Source of the DNA: a virus
Reading direction: 5' to 3' (one strand)
IMG/VR virus record: IMGVR_UViG_3300035661_000053
Span: 8,278-72,277 of that record
Length of the DNA stretch: 64,000 nt
Shown here: positions 54,247-64,000 of the stretch, in pieces
Layout of the letters: the number at the start of each line of letters is the position of its first letter
Numbering within the stretch: position 1 is the stretch's first letter
The notes under the pieces: model-generated
Database searches by the model: none
Told to the model about the DNA's origin: nothing
What the model saw: the letters and a program-made list of their open reading frames with translations, nothing else
Program-made: the position numbers and the translations under genes

Positions 54247-56337
54247 CTATATCACCATAATGACTGTTTCCGGAGAAAGTCTTTTGAAGCGTTTTTCTAC
54301 ATTAATTTTATCCTTGTCATACGCAAAACACGCGTCCTTAAAGACCATTTTGGAAGGTTTCATATCAGCAATCACGTTCACTATACTAAAATTAATGTTG
54401 TCATCAAAACACGCTACAAGAGCGTTTTCCTGAACGACAAGCACACTATTTCCAAGAATTTCACGCTTATCGATCGATAAAGATAATTCCAGACCAAGAT
54501 CAAGCATCACCTGGGTAAGTAAATCTTCCGGTGTTCTGTCTTCCTTAATATTGCTCTCGAATGCCGATAGTTGTTCTTGTGTTATATCCATCGGGTGATA
54601 AAAAGCATCCTTCATGTTGCTTGAATCAGTCTTGTATACTCGGAACCCAATATCGAGATTTTTAATGTGCTCAATTTTTAATTCGAGTTCTGACTTCTTT
54701 TCCCTCAGTTCTTCGCTCCCAGCTAAGGTTTTGTATTTTAATTCACGATTGATTTTCGTGAGTTCGATTTCACGCTCTTTCAAGTATTCATCTTTTATTC
54801 TCCTCCCCGCGCGTCGAATTCTTTCTTTGCCTATCTCTGATACATTTGTTGGTTTTCCCAGAGAATTTAGAAATTTAATGCTGGCTAATATTCTCTTCTT
54901 CTCGTTCGCATCCCTCGCCTTTTTTTCGTCAAGTTCTTCCTGTAGTTGCACTAAAATATATTTCAACTTTGAATGATTCTCAATATTGAACTGATAAACC
55001 GCCTCCGCGGTCGTTGCTGATCCGGCAAAGAAATCAAGAACTATATCATTTTGTTTGCAAACAAAATTTATCAAGTATTTTATTAAGCTAACTGGTTTTG
55101 GGTAATCAAAATAATATCCACCAAGCAGCTCAATTAACTCACTTGATGCATTTTCATTAGTGCCCACACCATTCTCTTTCTTATTTATAAGAGGAGATGT
55201 GTATTTTTCCTTGATATAATTCGTTGGTCGCTTATACCCTTCTTCATCTCTAATAAATCTAATTGATAGTTTTTCGGATTTTATTAAAAATTTTGTTCCT
55301 TTCTGTATCTCGGCATTAAGGAAATCCTGTGTCCACTTAAACTCACCCTCTAAAATAAAATCGCTCTTTGAATAGCCGTCATGAATAATAATGTCCTCGC
55401 TCAATGTTACTCTATCATACAGCCCGGCTGCTAATTTCCCATTAGGAAATTTATCTTTTCTAAAATAAACTGATTCTTTTGGAAATTTCAGAGCAACAAC
55501 TGAATTCCCAGAATTTAATAGTGGCTGGTCTCCTCCATCCAATAATTCTCCGTTATATTTTTGGGAATTTTTATATTTTTCATAACACAGTATGTATTCA
55601 TTTGTCTTTCTTGATTTAGTTGAAAGTGCGGGTGGAGTTGAGGTCTTAACCCAAGAGAATATTTCGACAAAATTTTCCTCCCCGAATGTTTCGTCAAGAA
55701 TTGCTTTTAAATTTTTAAGCTCTTCAACTCCAATAGAAACAAGTATTATGCCATCATCTGCTAACAAATCTCTAGCAATCAATAGCCGCTCGTAAAGCAT
55801 AGTTAACCAATCAGAGTGAAATCGCCCGTTTGAATCCGTATTCTTGAATAATTTTCCTCCCTCCTCATCAATTGCATTTATTTCTTCCTTGTATTCATTA
55901 GTACTTTTCTTAAAGGCATCCCTGTATATAAAATCATTCCCCGTATTATAAGGTGGATCAATGTATATCATTTTTACCTTGCCCAGATACGACTCCTGAA
56001 GAATCTTCAGTACTTCAAAGTTATCCCCCTCAATGTAAAGGTTCTCTGTTTTATCAAAGTTAACACTATCCTCCACTACTGGTCTTAGTGTTTTGGTTAT
56101 CGGGGTATTCGCCTTTAACAAGGATGCCTTTTTACCTGGCCAGTCAAGGCGGTACCGTTCATTTTCGCCTTCCACAAGTACATGAGAAAGTTTCTGTTTA
56201 AGGAGATCAAAATCGATTCCCTTGATAATATTACCTTCTTTGTCCTTTATCTCAGTGATAACCTCGGGAAATAAACCTGCTATTTGTTCAACATTTTTAT
56301 CAACCAGATTCGGAGTCTGCATTTTTAATTTGTTCAT
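54247..56337 (-). CDS. mod: Type III restriction-modification Mod methyltransferase
   Basis: WPGKK, EGDN, YIDPPYNTG, HSDWL, PKPVSL, DFFAGSATT; adjacent to res. Confidence 0.93.
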   Translation of the reverse strand: MNKLKMQTPNLVDKNVEQIAGLFPEVITEIKDKEGNIIKGIDFDLLKQKLSHVLVEGENERYRLDWPGKKASLLKANTPITKTLRPVVEDSVNFDKTENLYIEGDNFEVLKILQESYLGKVKMIYIDPPYNTGNDFIYRDAFKKSTNEYKEEINAIDEEGGKLFKNTDSNGRFHSDWLTMLYERLLIARDLLADDGIILVSIGVEELKNLKAILDETFGEENFVEIFSWVKTSTPPALSTKSRKTNEYILCYEKYKNSQKYNGELLDGGDQPLLNSGNSVVALKFPKESVYFRKDKFPNGKLAAGLYDRVTLSEDIIIHDGYSKSDFILEGEFKWTQDFLNAEIQKGTKFLIKSEKLSIRFIRDEEGYKRPTNYIKEKYTSPLINKKENGVGTNENASSELIELLGGYYFDYPKPVSLIKYLINFVCKQNDIVLDFFAGSATTAEAVYQFNIENHSKLKYILVQLQEELDEKKARDANEKKRILASIKFLNSLGKPTNVSEIGKERIRRAGRRIKDEYLKEREIELTKINRELKYKTLAGSEELREKKSELELKIEHIKNLDIGFRVYKTDSSNMKDAFYHPMDITQEQLSAFESNIKEDRTPEDLLTQVMLDLGLELSLSIDKREILGNSVLVVQENALVACFDDNINFSIVNVIADMKPSKMVFKDACFAYDKDKINVEKRFKRLSPETVIMVI

Positions 56338-56444
56338 AATTTTAGCTTTAATAGTTGCCGTGTATTATTCTAATTCTTTTCTTGCAAGGCGTTCTTTTAC
56401 TTCAATAACCGCTTTGTGTAATTTCATATAAGTCAATTTTCATA

Positions 56445-57410
56445 TTAATTTTTAACTTTTTTATTTCTTATTAAAATTCTGAAGTATGTATATTTACCAT
56501 TTATTGCTAAATCCTTATCGTCATCACCCTTACGAAATCTAACAATCTCAAATTGTTCAGGATTATATTTATAAAGAAATGTTATAGGAACTCCCATATC
56601 TCCAGAAAAATTCATCGGGATATTTGAAACTCTTGATACCTCAATAGCTTCATAATTATCATATTTGGGGTATTCTTTTGCCGAGTATTTCTTATAGAGA
56701 CTCATTTCTTGATGACGATTATCATTATCAAGATTTGTAAACCATAAGATTCTTCCCATGCTAAAATATTTTATACCGTCAACTATCTTTTTTCTTGATT
56801 CGGTAGGAATATCATATTCCATGGGAACCTGAAACCATTTAGTACCACCATTATCGTAGCCTAGCCACAATTTATTTTGTTGAATCAGTTTGAATATTTC
56901 TTTATAAGTGATAGCGTTCTGGTCACCAAGAATTAAAAATTTTTTATCATACTCGATAAGTTGAGCGACAAATTCCCGAAATAAGGAAAATGGAGGATTA
57001 GTTACAACAATATCAGCTTCTTTAAGAAGTTCAATACATTCATCACTTCTAAAATCACCGGTACCAATCATTTTAGTCATAAATTCATTGAGGTCTGGCA
57101 AACGTCCGCCTTTTTCATTCCCCGTATATTCTAATTTATAAGGTGAATCACCAGTAAATATATTGCCGTCTTTATAGTGAGTAGCGATTAGTTTCTTTAA
57201 CCCTAGATGCTCAAAATTGATACTAAAATATTTCACAAAATTACTCTTTCTGGGATCATCACAATTACATAAAACTACTTTTCCCTTAAACTGGTCTTTA
57301 TACTTAGCTAATTCCTTGTTAATATCTATTAATTGAGTGTAAAACTCATCCTTTTTGGCAATACCTGCTTTATGTAGATTACTATTATTACCTGATTTTT
57401 TCAATACCAC
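56445..57410 (-). CDS. EcoRI-family adenine methyltransferase
   Basis: KKDEFYT, VLCNCDDP, GDFRS, VVTNPPFSLFRE, MGVPITF. Confidence 0.9.
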   Translation of the reverse strand: MVLKKSGNNSNLHKAGIAKKDEFYTQLIDINKELAKYKDQFKGKVVLCNCDDPRKSNFVKYFSINFEHLGLKKLIATHYKDGNIFTGDSPYKLEYTGNEKGGRLPDLNEFMTKMIGTGDFRSDECIELLKEADIVVTNPPFSLFREFVAQLIEYDKKFLILGDQNAITYKEIFKLIQQNKLWLGYDNGGTKWFQVPMEYDIPTESRKKIVDGIKYFSMGRILWFTNLDNDNRHQEMSLYKKYSAKEYPKYDNYEAIEVSRVSNIPMNFSGDMGVPITFLYKYNPEQFEIVRFRKGDDDKDLAINGKYTYFRILIRNKKVKN

Positions 57411-57749
57411 TAATTCTTAAACTCCATGTTTATATAAAAATACGAAATCGTATCACCATACTCTACCAGTTTGATATAATGGATACGCGATAAAGTAAAT
57501 TGCCTCTATTGGGCAAAATATCACCACATACTTTTGGATACCCTTTCCGAATGATAGAAATTTTGTTCTCAAATAACTCATGTAAACCAAAACCTTTTGT
57601 TCTACCGTGTAAGATTTTTTTTTCTGGTCCATAGCAGGAATCCCTTAACGAGTTGCTTCTTGGCATTAGTCCATTGTCTTTTGATTTGGTACATAAAAAG
57701 CGTGATATAACTATATTATGCCACGCCTAAAGGGAAGAGTCAATTTTAT

Positions 57750-58865
57750 CTATTGCTGCTCTAAGTATGAATACTTGTAATTATCATGAAGCATTCTTGG
57801 CTCTAATTTATCAAATCTTTTTCTACAAATATTAATAGCCTTTTCTGAATTATCTATTCCTATCCATTGTCTACCTAATTCAGCGGCTGCAAACAGAGTA
57901 CTTCCAGAACCACTAAAACAATCTAATACAAAACTATTTTCATTTGATGAAGCATTAATTATCGTTTTGAGCATTTCAAGATTTTTTTCTGTTGGATATA
58001 TAGGCTTTTGAGAATCTTTAAACTCCCAAATATCCTGTAATTTAGCTTTACCATGATCATCAGCAAATATTATTTTTCTAGGCACTCCCTTTTTTGACCA
58101 CTCGATAAGACCATCAGATTCCAACTTATCTAATACATCAGGAGAAAATCTCCAATGTCTACCTTCTGGAGGCAACATGCCTTTCCATAATTGGCCTGAT
58201 TTTCCATTAATAGTTTCCCCTGGGGCGTGTAATGGGTTAGTTGTATATTTTCTTCCATTCTTGTCTGTCTTATTAAATAATTTATTCATTTGTTCAGCAC
58301 TCATATCAATAGTCGGTTCATTCCAAATGTAATTTGATGTTTTGCTATAAAACAAAATCATATCCCTAATATTGCCATAAGCTTTTCTCCGAAAGTTTTT
58401 AGGGTTACATTTTATTCTAGAAATATCTCCTCTAAAATTCTTTTGACCAAAAATTTCATCCATTATTATTTTTATATAATGACCAATCTTGTAATTAGTA
58501 TGCAGATAAATTGATCCCTTATTAGACAGCAATTCCCTTAAAAAAACAAGCCTTTCCCTAATAAATTCTAAAAATTCATCTCCCTTTAGTTTATCAGAAT
58601 AAGCTATATCGTGTTTCTTGCTATTACTTATTGTTGAAACCCTATCATTTCCAACACGAAAAATATTATTAGTAGAAAATGGGGGATCAGTATAGACTAG
58701 GTCTATTGTTCCGGCATGAACATCTAATAAGGATTTCATACAAGATAAATTATCACCTTTTATAATTAAATTTTCACTTGAGATAATATCACTAAGAAAT
58801 ATAGCTTTGGGTGATGAGCTCAATATTGAATTAATATCTTTTTTATTTTTATACTGTAGAATCAT
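57750..58865 (-). CDS. Beta-class N6A/N4C DNA methyltransferase
   Basis: KGDN, YTDPPF, YPTEKN, DCFSGSGST. Confidence 0.9.
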   Translation of the reverse strand: MILQYKNKKDINSILSSSPKAIFLSDIISSENLIIKGDNLSCMKSLLDVHAGTIDLVYTDPPFSTNNIFRVGNDRVSTISNSKKHDIAYSDKLKGDEFLEFIRERLVFLRELLSNKGSIYLHTNYKIGHYIKIIMDEIFGQKNFRGDISRIKCNPKNFRRKAYGNIRDMILFYSKTSNYIWNEPTIDMSAEQMNKLFNKTDKNGRKYTTNPLHAPGETINGKSGQLWKGMLPPEGRHWRFSPDVLDKLESDGLIEWSKKGVPRKIIFADDHGKAKLQDIWEFKDSQKPIYPTEKNLEMLKTIINASSNENSFVLDCFSGSGSTLFAAAELGRQWIGIDNSEKAINICRKRFDKLEPRMLHDNYKYSYLEQQ

Positions 58866-58917
58866 TATTAACCTATAATAGTTTCTGCTTTATATAGTTA
58901 AAAAGTAAGATAGTCAA

Positions 58918-58958
58918 AATCCGCCTAGTTGGAAGCTAGTCCCTCCAATAGGCGGATT
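58918..58958 (-). terminator. Terminator-like hairpin at the left end of the early block
   Basis: AATCCGCCTA...TAGGCGGATT 10-bp inverted repeat with inner TTGGA/TCCAA. Confidence 0.55.
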
Positions 58959-59056
58959 GACTAATTCAGGCCTCTATTTTTATAACTTAAGGTCGATGCC
59001 AGAATATTTTATGGGTTGAACTCGCATTTAAGAGCATAACTTGTTGAGTATTCATT

Positions 59057-59683
59057 TTAATTTTCCAGCATAAAGTAATCATACATGTCTTTCGAGTTAT
59101 CTATCCAAGTTATGGCTGTTAGCTCGAACAGCATGCGCAGCAGAAGTGGGTAGAGGGCGAGACCTTTTAATATGTTAAATTGACGCGCACGTTTATCAGG
59201 CTTTAAGGGGGCAGGCCTCAATATGTCCCTAAGGCATACCACTATTGAAATTAATACCCCACTATAATAATCAATATGAGTTATATGGTTGGGTATCTCG
59301 GTGGGGTGATTAGATAGATCAACTATTGAATCATATAGAATATCCGAGAGCCGGGTGCAAATATGATTATCTTGTATCTGGGAAATTTCTTCATTTGTAG
59401 CGAGATCATTACGAACGAGATACAATCCAACATTAATTACAAATTGAAGGACTCTTATAAGTTCTTCGGTAGCCTGGTCGATCCCATTCACGGGGCCAAA
59501 TGTGAAGCACTTGAGCTTGGAATGGGTTTTTTTTATTTCTGATTGCAACAAAAGGACTTCCTCCACCGCGGATAATACGTTTTCACGTAGGTATTCCGCG
59601 GATGAAATATCCTTATCTTGTAAGTTAAGCTGCTGCTCTACCATTTGGTAGAGCAGAGACTTGGTATTATCGAATAAAATCAT
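59057..59683 (-). CDS. Degenerate dimeric dUTPase/MazG-like protein
   Basis: SAVEEVLLL, EELIRVLQF and YDYFMLEN echo dUTPase_2 motifs but lack several acidic residues. Confidence 0.4.
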   Translation of the reverse strand: MILFDNTKSLLYQMVEQQLNLQDKDISSAEYLRENVLSAVEEVLLLQSEIKKTHSKLKCFTFGPVNGIDQATEELIRVLQFVINVGLYLVRNDLATNEEISQIQDNHICTRLSDILYDSIVDLSNHPTEIPNHITHIDYYSGVLISIVVCLRDILRPAPLKPDKRARQFNILKGLALYPLLLRMLFELTAITWIDNSKDMYDYFMLEN

Positions 59684-59910
59684 CTGGCACTCCTATATTT
59701 TTCAATATTTTCATATTTACGTGAAAGCCCCTCAAATAGGGCTTTCTTAATGGTCCCACGTGTGACCATTCTGACTACTCCATCAGTGGAGTAGCCAATT
59801 TCTTTTGCAAATGCCTCAATAGTGAGGCCATTTTCCTTCATAAAATTTATGAAGGCGAATTTGTACATCCGCCTGTTCCCAGAGAACTCTTTGAGTGAAT
59901 TTACGTTCAT
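59680..59910 (-). CDS. Cro/XRE-like HTH regulator
   Basis: MKENGLTIEAFAKEIGYSTDGVVRM. Confidence 0.7.
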   Translation of the reverse strand: MNVNSLKEFSGNRRMYKFAFINFMKENGLTIEAFAKEIGYSTDGVVRMVTRGTIKKALFEGLSRKYENIEKYRSAR

Positions 59911-60117
59911 AACTATTTCCTTTCTTTTAATAAATTGTCTATGAAAATTTTTAAATTAATAAAATTTTTTGGTTTACTGACGATGTATACGCCTCGTGAG
60001 CCATCTTAGTGCCTTCCAGATTCCATGAACCCGTATAGCTCACGCATCCGATTCTTTTTCCTCTTGACTCGTGCTCTATACTTTTTCTTTATATCATCAC
60101 TTCTTTTTTTGGTGCAA

Positions 60118-61362
60118 TCAAGGCAGTTGAATACCATAATCCCTCCTGAAATATGAGGCTGTATATGAGAGCTTGTTCACAACCCGGGGATATATATGAT
60201 GTTCTATTCCATCGTTTGAAAATAACCAAACCAACCGAGTCGGGGTTGACTTATCCCGCTCTGAACCTCGCATTCTCGATTGCTGATAGAGTTCAGAGCT
60301 GAAGTGGATATTGTAAAAGATTATTACATCCGCCGTGGATAGGTTGATGCCACGGGAGCCAGATTGGAACTGGCTGATGAACGTCTTATCAACCGACGAA
60401 TTGAACTCATCCGGGTCGCTGGTAGTCTCCGGTATAAGGCTCCTTAACAAGCTGCCTTCGGCGGTGTAGAGATAAAAGATAGCGACCTTAACCTTTCCGA
60501 CATAATTATCAAGAATATGCCTAACTTTTGAGTCATCAATAATCTTGGAGCCAAAACTTGTAATAATAGTCCCGGAATAGAGCTGATGCAGCTTCTGCTG
60601 GAGTGAGACAGCTGAATCACATACTACCTCGGCACCATCTTTAAAAGCGTAGTATCGATTGGTTAATAATTCTCTCGCAATATGATGCGTCTCCGGCATT
60701 ATGTTGATTCCCTCAACCTCATCCTTCAACTCTGGCACCTCAAAGTTCGCCTCCTTTTGTGTAAAGGTCACGAAGAGATGCTTCGTCATTGCCTCGATCT
60801 TCACTCTGTTGGCATCCGAGTAATCATAGATGTTATACCCGCGGATTACCTTCGTTCTACGGCGAGCATATCCGTTATCAACCCATTGGAAAAAAGACTT
60901 TTCAAAAAAGGGGGATGAAGAAGACGGGTATAACTGGTGAAACAATTGGCTGTAGCTTTCGGGGGTTGGTGTCCCCGATAATAACATATAGTAATTATTA
61001 CCTACAATCCTTTTCAATTCCTTAACCCTAAGGCTCGGCTTTGGGAACGCACCAAGAGCATGAGCCTCATCGACTATAATGAGGTCGTAAAAAGGCGCCG
61101 TCTTACCGAGCCTCTCATAATTGATTACCTTCAATTGGTAATCTGTCTCATACATACCGGCCGAGTAATCATTAAGAATGGCCGGTATGACCATCTTCTT
61201 GGTCACAAAGAGGACTTTCTTCACGCCTAACAGCTTCGCGGTCTCGAGGGCAACAAGAGTCTTGCCGACTCTAACTTCCGCTGCCAGATATACCAGCCGG
61301 TGTTGCTTGATAATTTCATAACACCGGTTTGCCAGTTGGATTTGATAATCTCTTAGTATCAT
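60118..61362 (-). CDS. SF2/SNF2-like phage helicase
   Basis: LRDYQ, VRVGKT, DEAH, LSGTP, RGINL, QSRMR. Confidence 0.88.
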   Translation of the reverse strand: MILRDYQIQLANRCYEIIKQHRLVYLAAEVRVGKTLVALETAKLLGVKKVLFVTKKMVIPAILNDYSAGMYETDYQLKVINYERLGKTAPFYDLIIVDEAHALGAFPKPSLRVKELKRIVGNNYYMLLSGTPTPESYSQLFHQLYPSSSSPFFEKSFFQWVDNGYARRRTKVIRGYNIYDYSDANRVKIEAMTKHLFVTFTQKEANFEVPELKDEVEGINIMPETHHIARELLTNRYYAFKDGAEVVCDSAVSLQQKLHQLYSGTIITSFGSKIIDDSKVRHILDNYVGKVKVAIFYLYTAEGSLLRSLIPETTSDPDEFNSSVDKTFISQFQSGSRGINLSTADVIIFYNIHFSSELYQQSRMRGSERDKSTPTRLVWLFSNDGIEHHIYPRVVNKLSYTASYFRRDYGIQLP

Positions 61363-61459
61363 AATGCTTCTTCCTTTGTATTGTGTGAATATTTATATTG
61401 AAAATATGGTGATTAATTTAAAAATATGAAGGGATTGGCTTACCGAATAGGCCAATCCC

Positions 61460-62059
61460 TTATAAACCCCACTCTTTACTGGTGAACAGGGAGCTGATAA
61501 ACCCCTCCGGAAAATAATCTCCCATACTTTCGATTCGTGCCCGAGCGTCATCCGAAACAACGGACATGGCGAGGTTACCAAACTCACATTCGGTATTAGC
61601 GTGCACGAACACGTCGATAATATACGCTAACTCCACTATCTTAGATAGTACGTTATCCATACTACCTAACATACTGCGAATTAATGCCGCTTGGGATACC
61701 GTCTTCTTAAGGTCATCAAGCGCCCCTGCAAAGCCGGGGATCGTCTCCTTGAGCACCCGTTTCGTGTCAAGGGGTATACCTGAGATAGCGTCCTCGGGTG
61801 TATCGTGCAAGAGAACTTTAATCAAAATGTAGGTCATGGGCGCTATCCCAAGACCTTTAAACTTTCGTTTAAGGGTTATACTGAATGACGAGTGTGCCAT
61901 TAGCTTAACGTACAGTGTCATCGCGATAAAACTCACAAGATATGAGTGGTCCACAGCAGGTTCATCCTTTGTATGCCCCCGTCTGATAACCTGAACGAGA
62001 GTCTTCGTTCGGGAACAATGTTGCAAAACACCCACTAGGGTGTACTTTTCGGGCTTCAT
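61460..62059 (-). CDS. HD-domain (YfbR-like) protein, paralog 2
   Basis: DHSYLV, LLHDTPE, IVELAY. Start MKPEKY at 62059. Confidence 0.7.
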   Translation of the reverse strand: MKPEKYTLVGVLQHCSRTKTLVQVIRRGHTKDEPAVDHSYLVSFIAMTLYVKLMAHSSFSITLKRKFKGLGIAPMTYILIKVLLHDTPEDAISGIPLDTKRVLKETIPGFAGALDDLKKTVSQAALIRSMLGSMDNVLSKIVELAYIIDVFVHANTECEFGNLAMSVVSDDARARIESMGDYFPEGFISSLFTSKEWGL

Positions 62060-62132
62060 AATTTCCTTTCTGATAAATTGATGCTTAACAAATAATAGGG
62101 AATTGGCTAACGAATCGGCCAATCCTTTACAC

Positions 62133-62717
62133 TCACAATCCCCACCCTTCACTGGTGAACAGATCAGGGATAAACCCATTCGGAAAGTCATTTTTCATAC
62201 CCCTGATGCGCATTAGTGCATCTTCGGAAATGTCATTCAATGTGACATTTCCTAGCTTATATTCATCTTTGGTATACTTGTATATGCTGAGATTCTCACT
62301 CAGCTCTACTATCTTAGATAGTATGGGTGGCATACTATCTAGCATATCTTTTATTAAAATATTTTGGAAAAAACCTCGCTCAAGATTATCGAACGTATCC
62401 GGAGCTATTTTCATAATGAACCTTCTCGTGTCATGATCCACTTCTGAAAGGACTGCTTCGGGCAAGCCTTTCGTAATAGATTTTACAAGAATATAGGCAA
62501 GGGGTGATACCCCCTTCCCTGCAAACATCTCTTTGATTTCCTCTTTGAATGACGGGTACGTCATTAACTTGGCGTACACCATTAAGGATATGACCGCGAC
62601 AAAATAGGAGTGCTCCGCGATAGAGCATTCCTTATAGTGCAACCGCGTTACAAGCGGGGCGGTTTTCACCCTCGAGTATTCCCTAAGTATATCCATTAAT
62701 TTAAATTCTATTTCCAT
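62133..62717 (-). CDS. HD-domain (YfbR-like) protein, paralog 1, HD motif lost
   Basis: SIAEHSYFV, ITKGLPE in place of LLHDxxE; same C-terminus as paralog 2 (LFTSxxWGL). Confidence 0.65.
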   Translation of the reverse strand: MEIEFKLMDILREYSRVKTAPLVTRLHYKECSIAEHSYFVAVISLMVYAKLMTYPSFKEEIKEMFAGKGVSPLAYILVKSITKGLPEAVLSEVDHDTRRFIMKIAPDTFDNLERGFFQNILIKDMLDSMPPILSKIVELSENLSIYKYTKDEYKLGNVTLNDISEDALMRIRGMKNDFPNGFIPDLFTSEGWGL

Positions 62718-62743
62718 TTTGCTTCTTCCTTCTTATAATTAAT

Positions 62744-63163
62744 TTATGATTTGTAATGCTTATTCTTAATCTCTTTTATCCTATTTTCGATCGTGGAGAT
62801 TACCTCCGCGACCGTGTTATCTCCAGTAAACCGAATTTCATTGGGCATGCTTTGGTCGGGGTTGTAAAACCTCCGACCAGTTGGGTCGTTATCAGTGATA
62901 ACGACTGATATGTGATAGCCACATATATCGTTCATGTTCCGGGCGTTCCCGGAATGGTCAGCGACCCTGAGTTCGATGTGGGGACTTTCGTCATCGTCCT
63001 CGTCGAATGGGATGATCCTGTACTTCCCACCGAAATACCGCTGCACATCCCACAGCAGGTGCAGGGTACGGAGCTCGCGAGCCTCCGCGGCTTCACGTTC
63101 CGCGATTTTTTCAAGTTGTTCAGCCGTTGGCTCTTCGTCATCGGCTATTAAGACTTCTTCCAT
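62744..63163 (-). CDS. Hypothetical early protein
   Basis: Acidic N-terminus, ELRVADH motif; first gene behind a promoter candidate. Confidence 0.6.
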   Translation of the reverse strand: MEEVLIADDEEPTAEQLEKIAEREAAEARELRTLHLLWDVQRYFGGKYRIIPFDEDDDESPHIELRVADHSGNARNMNDICGYHISVVITDNDPTGRRFYNPDQSMPNEIRFTGDNTVAEVISTIENRIKEIKNKHYKS

Positions 63164-63210
63164 ATGCTTCCTTTATTGTGTGGTCAAAAATTTATTAAAA
63201 GAACAGGAGT

Positions 63211-63238
63211 AATTTAAGAAATTTTTGGGGATTGTCAA
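63211..63238 (-). promoter_or_regulatory. Sigma70-like promoter for the leftward early genes
   Basis: TTGACA-N16-TAAATT on the minus strand. Confidence 0.55.
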
Positions 63239-63363
63239 GAAAAATCTATGAAAAATATAGAAAAAATCTTAGAAAAATTAGGGCATCAAAGAGCATGCCA
63301 ATATCTTTTATTTATTGAATTTTTTGGCTATTTTTAATCCTCATATTTATATTTTATAAGAAA

Positions 63364-63539
63364 ATGGAAGAATTTAGAAATAATAGAGATACTATATATT
63401 TTGGGATTCCTCCGAAGTATTAGAAGATACAATATAAGACGGTTCTATTGATCTTGTATTTGCTGACCCGCCTTATAATATAGGTAAGAAATTTAATGGC
63501 AATAAGGGAAAATGGTACTCAGATAATGGCTACCTATAA
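63364..63539 (+). pseudogene. Remnant of a beta-class (YhdJ-like) DNA methyltransferase
   Basis: MEEFRNNRDTIYFG, then a frameshift, DSSEVLEDTI*DGSIDLVFADPPYNIGKKFNG...W...YL*. DPPY motif with a frameshift and stops. Confidence 0.7.
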
Positions 63540-63562
63540 AAATTGTTGTGAGAAAGTTTAAA

Positions 63563-64000
63563 ATGAATTTTAAATCTGAAAAAGAGATGAGTGAGCTTTT
63601 TTCTAAGTATGCTTATCGATTTATTAAAAATACTGGACTTCTTCTTGTCTCAGAAGTTAGAGGTCTATTCGGAATACCTGATTTTGTTTTATTTGATAAA
63701 AACGGCTCAAATATATATTCAATTGTTGCCATTGAATTAAAGTTAAAAAACTGGAGAAGAGCTTTGGTTCAAGCGTATAGGTATAGAGCATTTGCAAATC
63801 AGTCCTTTGTTATATTAGATGAGGCTTTTTGTAAAAATGCTTTACTCAACCTTTCTATGTTTGAGCAATATAATGTTGGACTTGCATCTTTTAACAATAA
63901 GAATGAGCTAAAGATTTATCATATCCCGAATTTTGAGACACCATTTTCATTAATGGTCGTCAAACAACTGGAAAAATTTATATCCATTAATGTAAAACCC
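63563..64000 (+). CDS. PD-(D/E)XK nuclease-like protein, runs off the window edge
   Basis: Not in track: MNFKSEKEM...SEVRGLFGIPDFV...AIELKLKNWRRALVQAYRY, open to 64000. Confidence 0.7.
   Translation, partial: MNFKSEKEMSELFSKYAYRFIKNTGLLLVSEVRGLFGIPDFVLFDKNGSNIYSIVAIELKLKNWRRALVQAYRYRAFANQSFVILDEAFCKNALLNLSMFEQYNVGLASFNNKNELKIYHIPNFETPFSLMVVKQLEKFISINVKP

Noticed and set aside
44-63212. Numerous plus-strand ORFs and short nested minus-strand ORFs in the track
   Set aside because: They are antisense or alternate-frame shadows of long motif-bearing minus-strand genes and show no recognisable motifs.
1-64000. tRNA, rRNA, integrase, transposase or lysis genes
   Set aside because: None recognised by eye; they may lie outside the window, so lifestyle (temperate vs lytic) cannot be called.

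Overview
This window is most of the genome of a large tailed dsDNA phage or prophage, probably siphovirus-like. It is AT-rich, uses the standard code, and almost every real gene lies on the minus strand. In transcription order (right to left) it carries: early/accessory genes (two HD-domain paralogs, an SF2/SNF2-like helicase, a degenerate dUTPase-like gene); an island of DNA methyltransferases whose restriction nucleases look truncated or deleted; a secreted non-specific nuclease; the head module (TerL, portal, scaffold, major capsid, adaptor, closure); a full replication/recombination block (RusA, DnaC-like, DnaB, primase, PolA, helicase, SSB, RecA, ligase, Cas4-like exonuclease, UvsY-like, SpoVS); a 7-deazaguanine cluster; and the tail module (duplicated tube-like genes, frameshifting chaperone, tape measure). 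The most striking element is the deazaguanine cluster. Besides FolE/QueD/QueE/QueC and a DpdA/TGT-like enzyme it has a second, N-terminally extended QueC, a second TGT-like (DUF4417-like) enzyme, two glycosyltransferases and two small proteins starting with Met-Gly, one a 43-aa histone-tail-like peptide missing from the ORF track. This suggests, as a hypothesis, N-terminal protein deazaguanylation followed by covalent insertion of the conjugate into phage DNA. A GC-rich multi-hairpin RNA candidate follows the capsid gene. All calls come from motif recognition by eye; no searches or folding programs were run.
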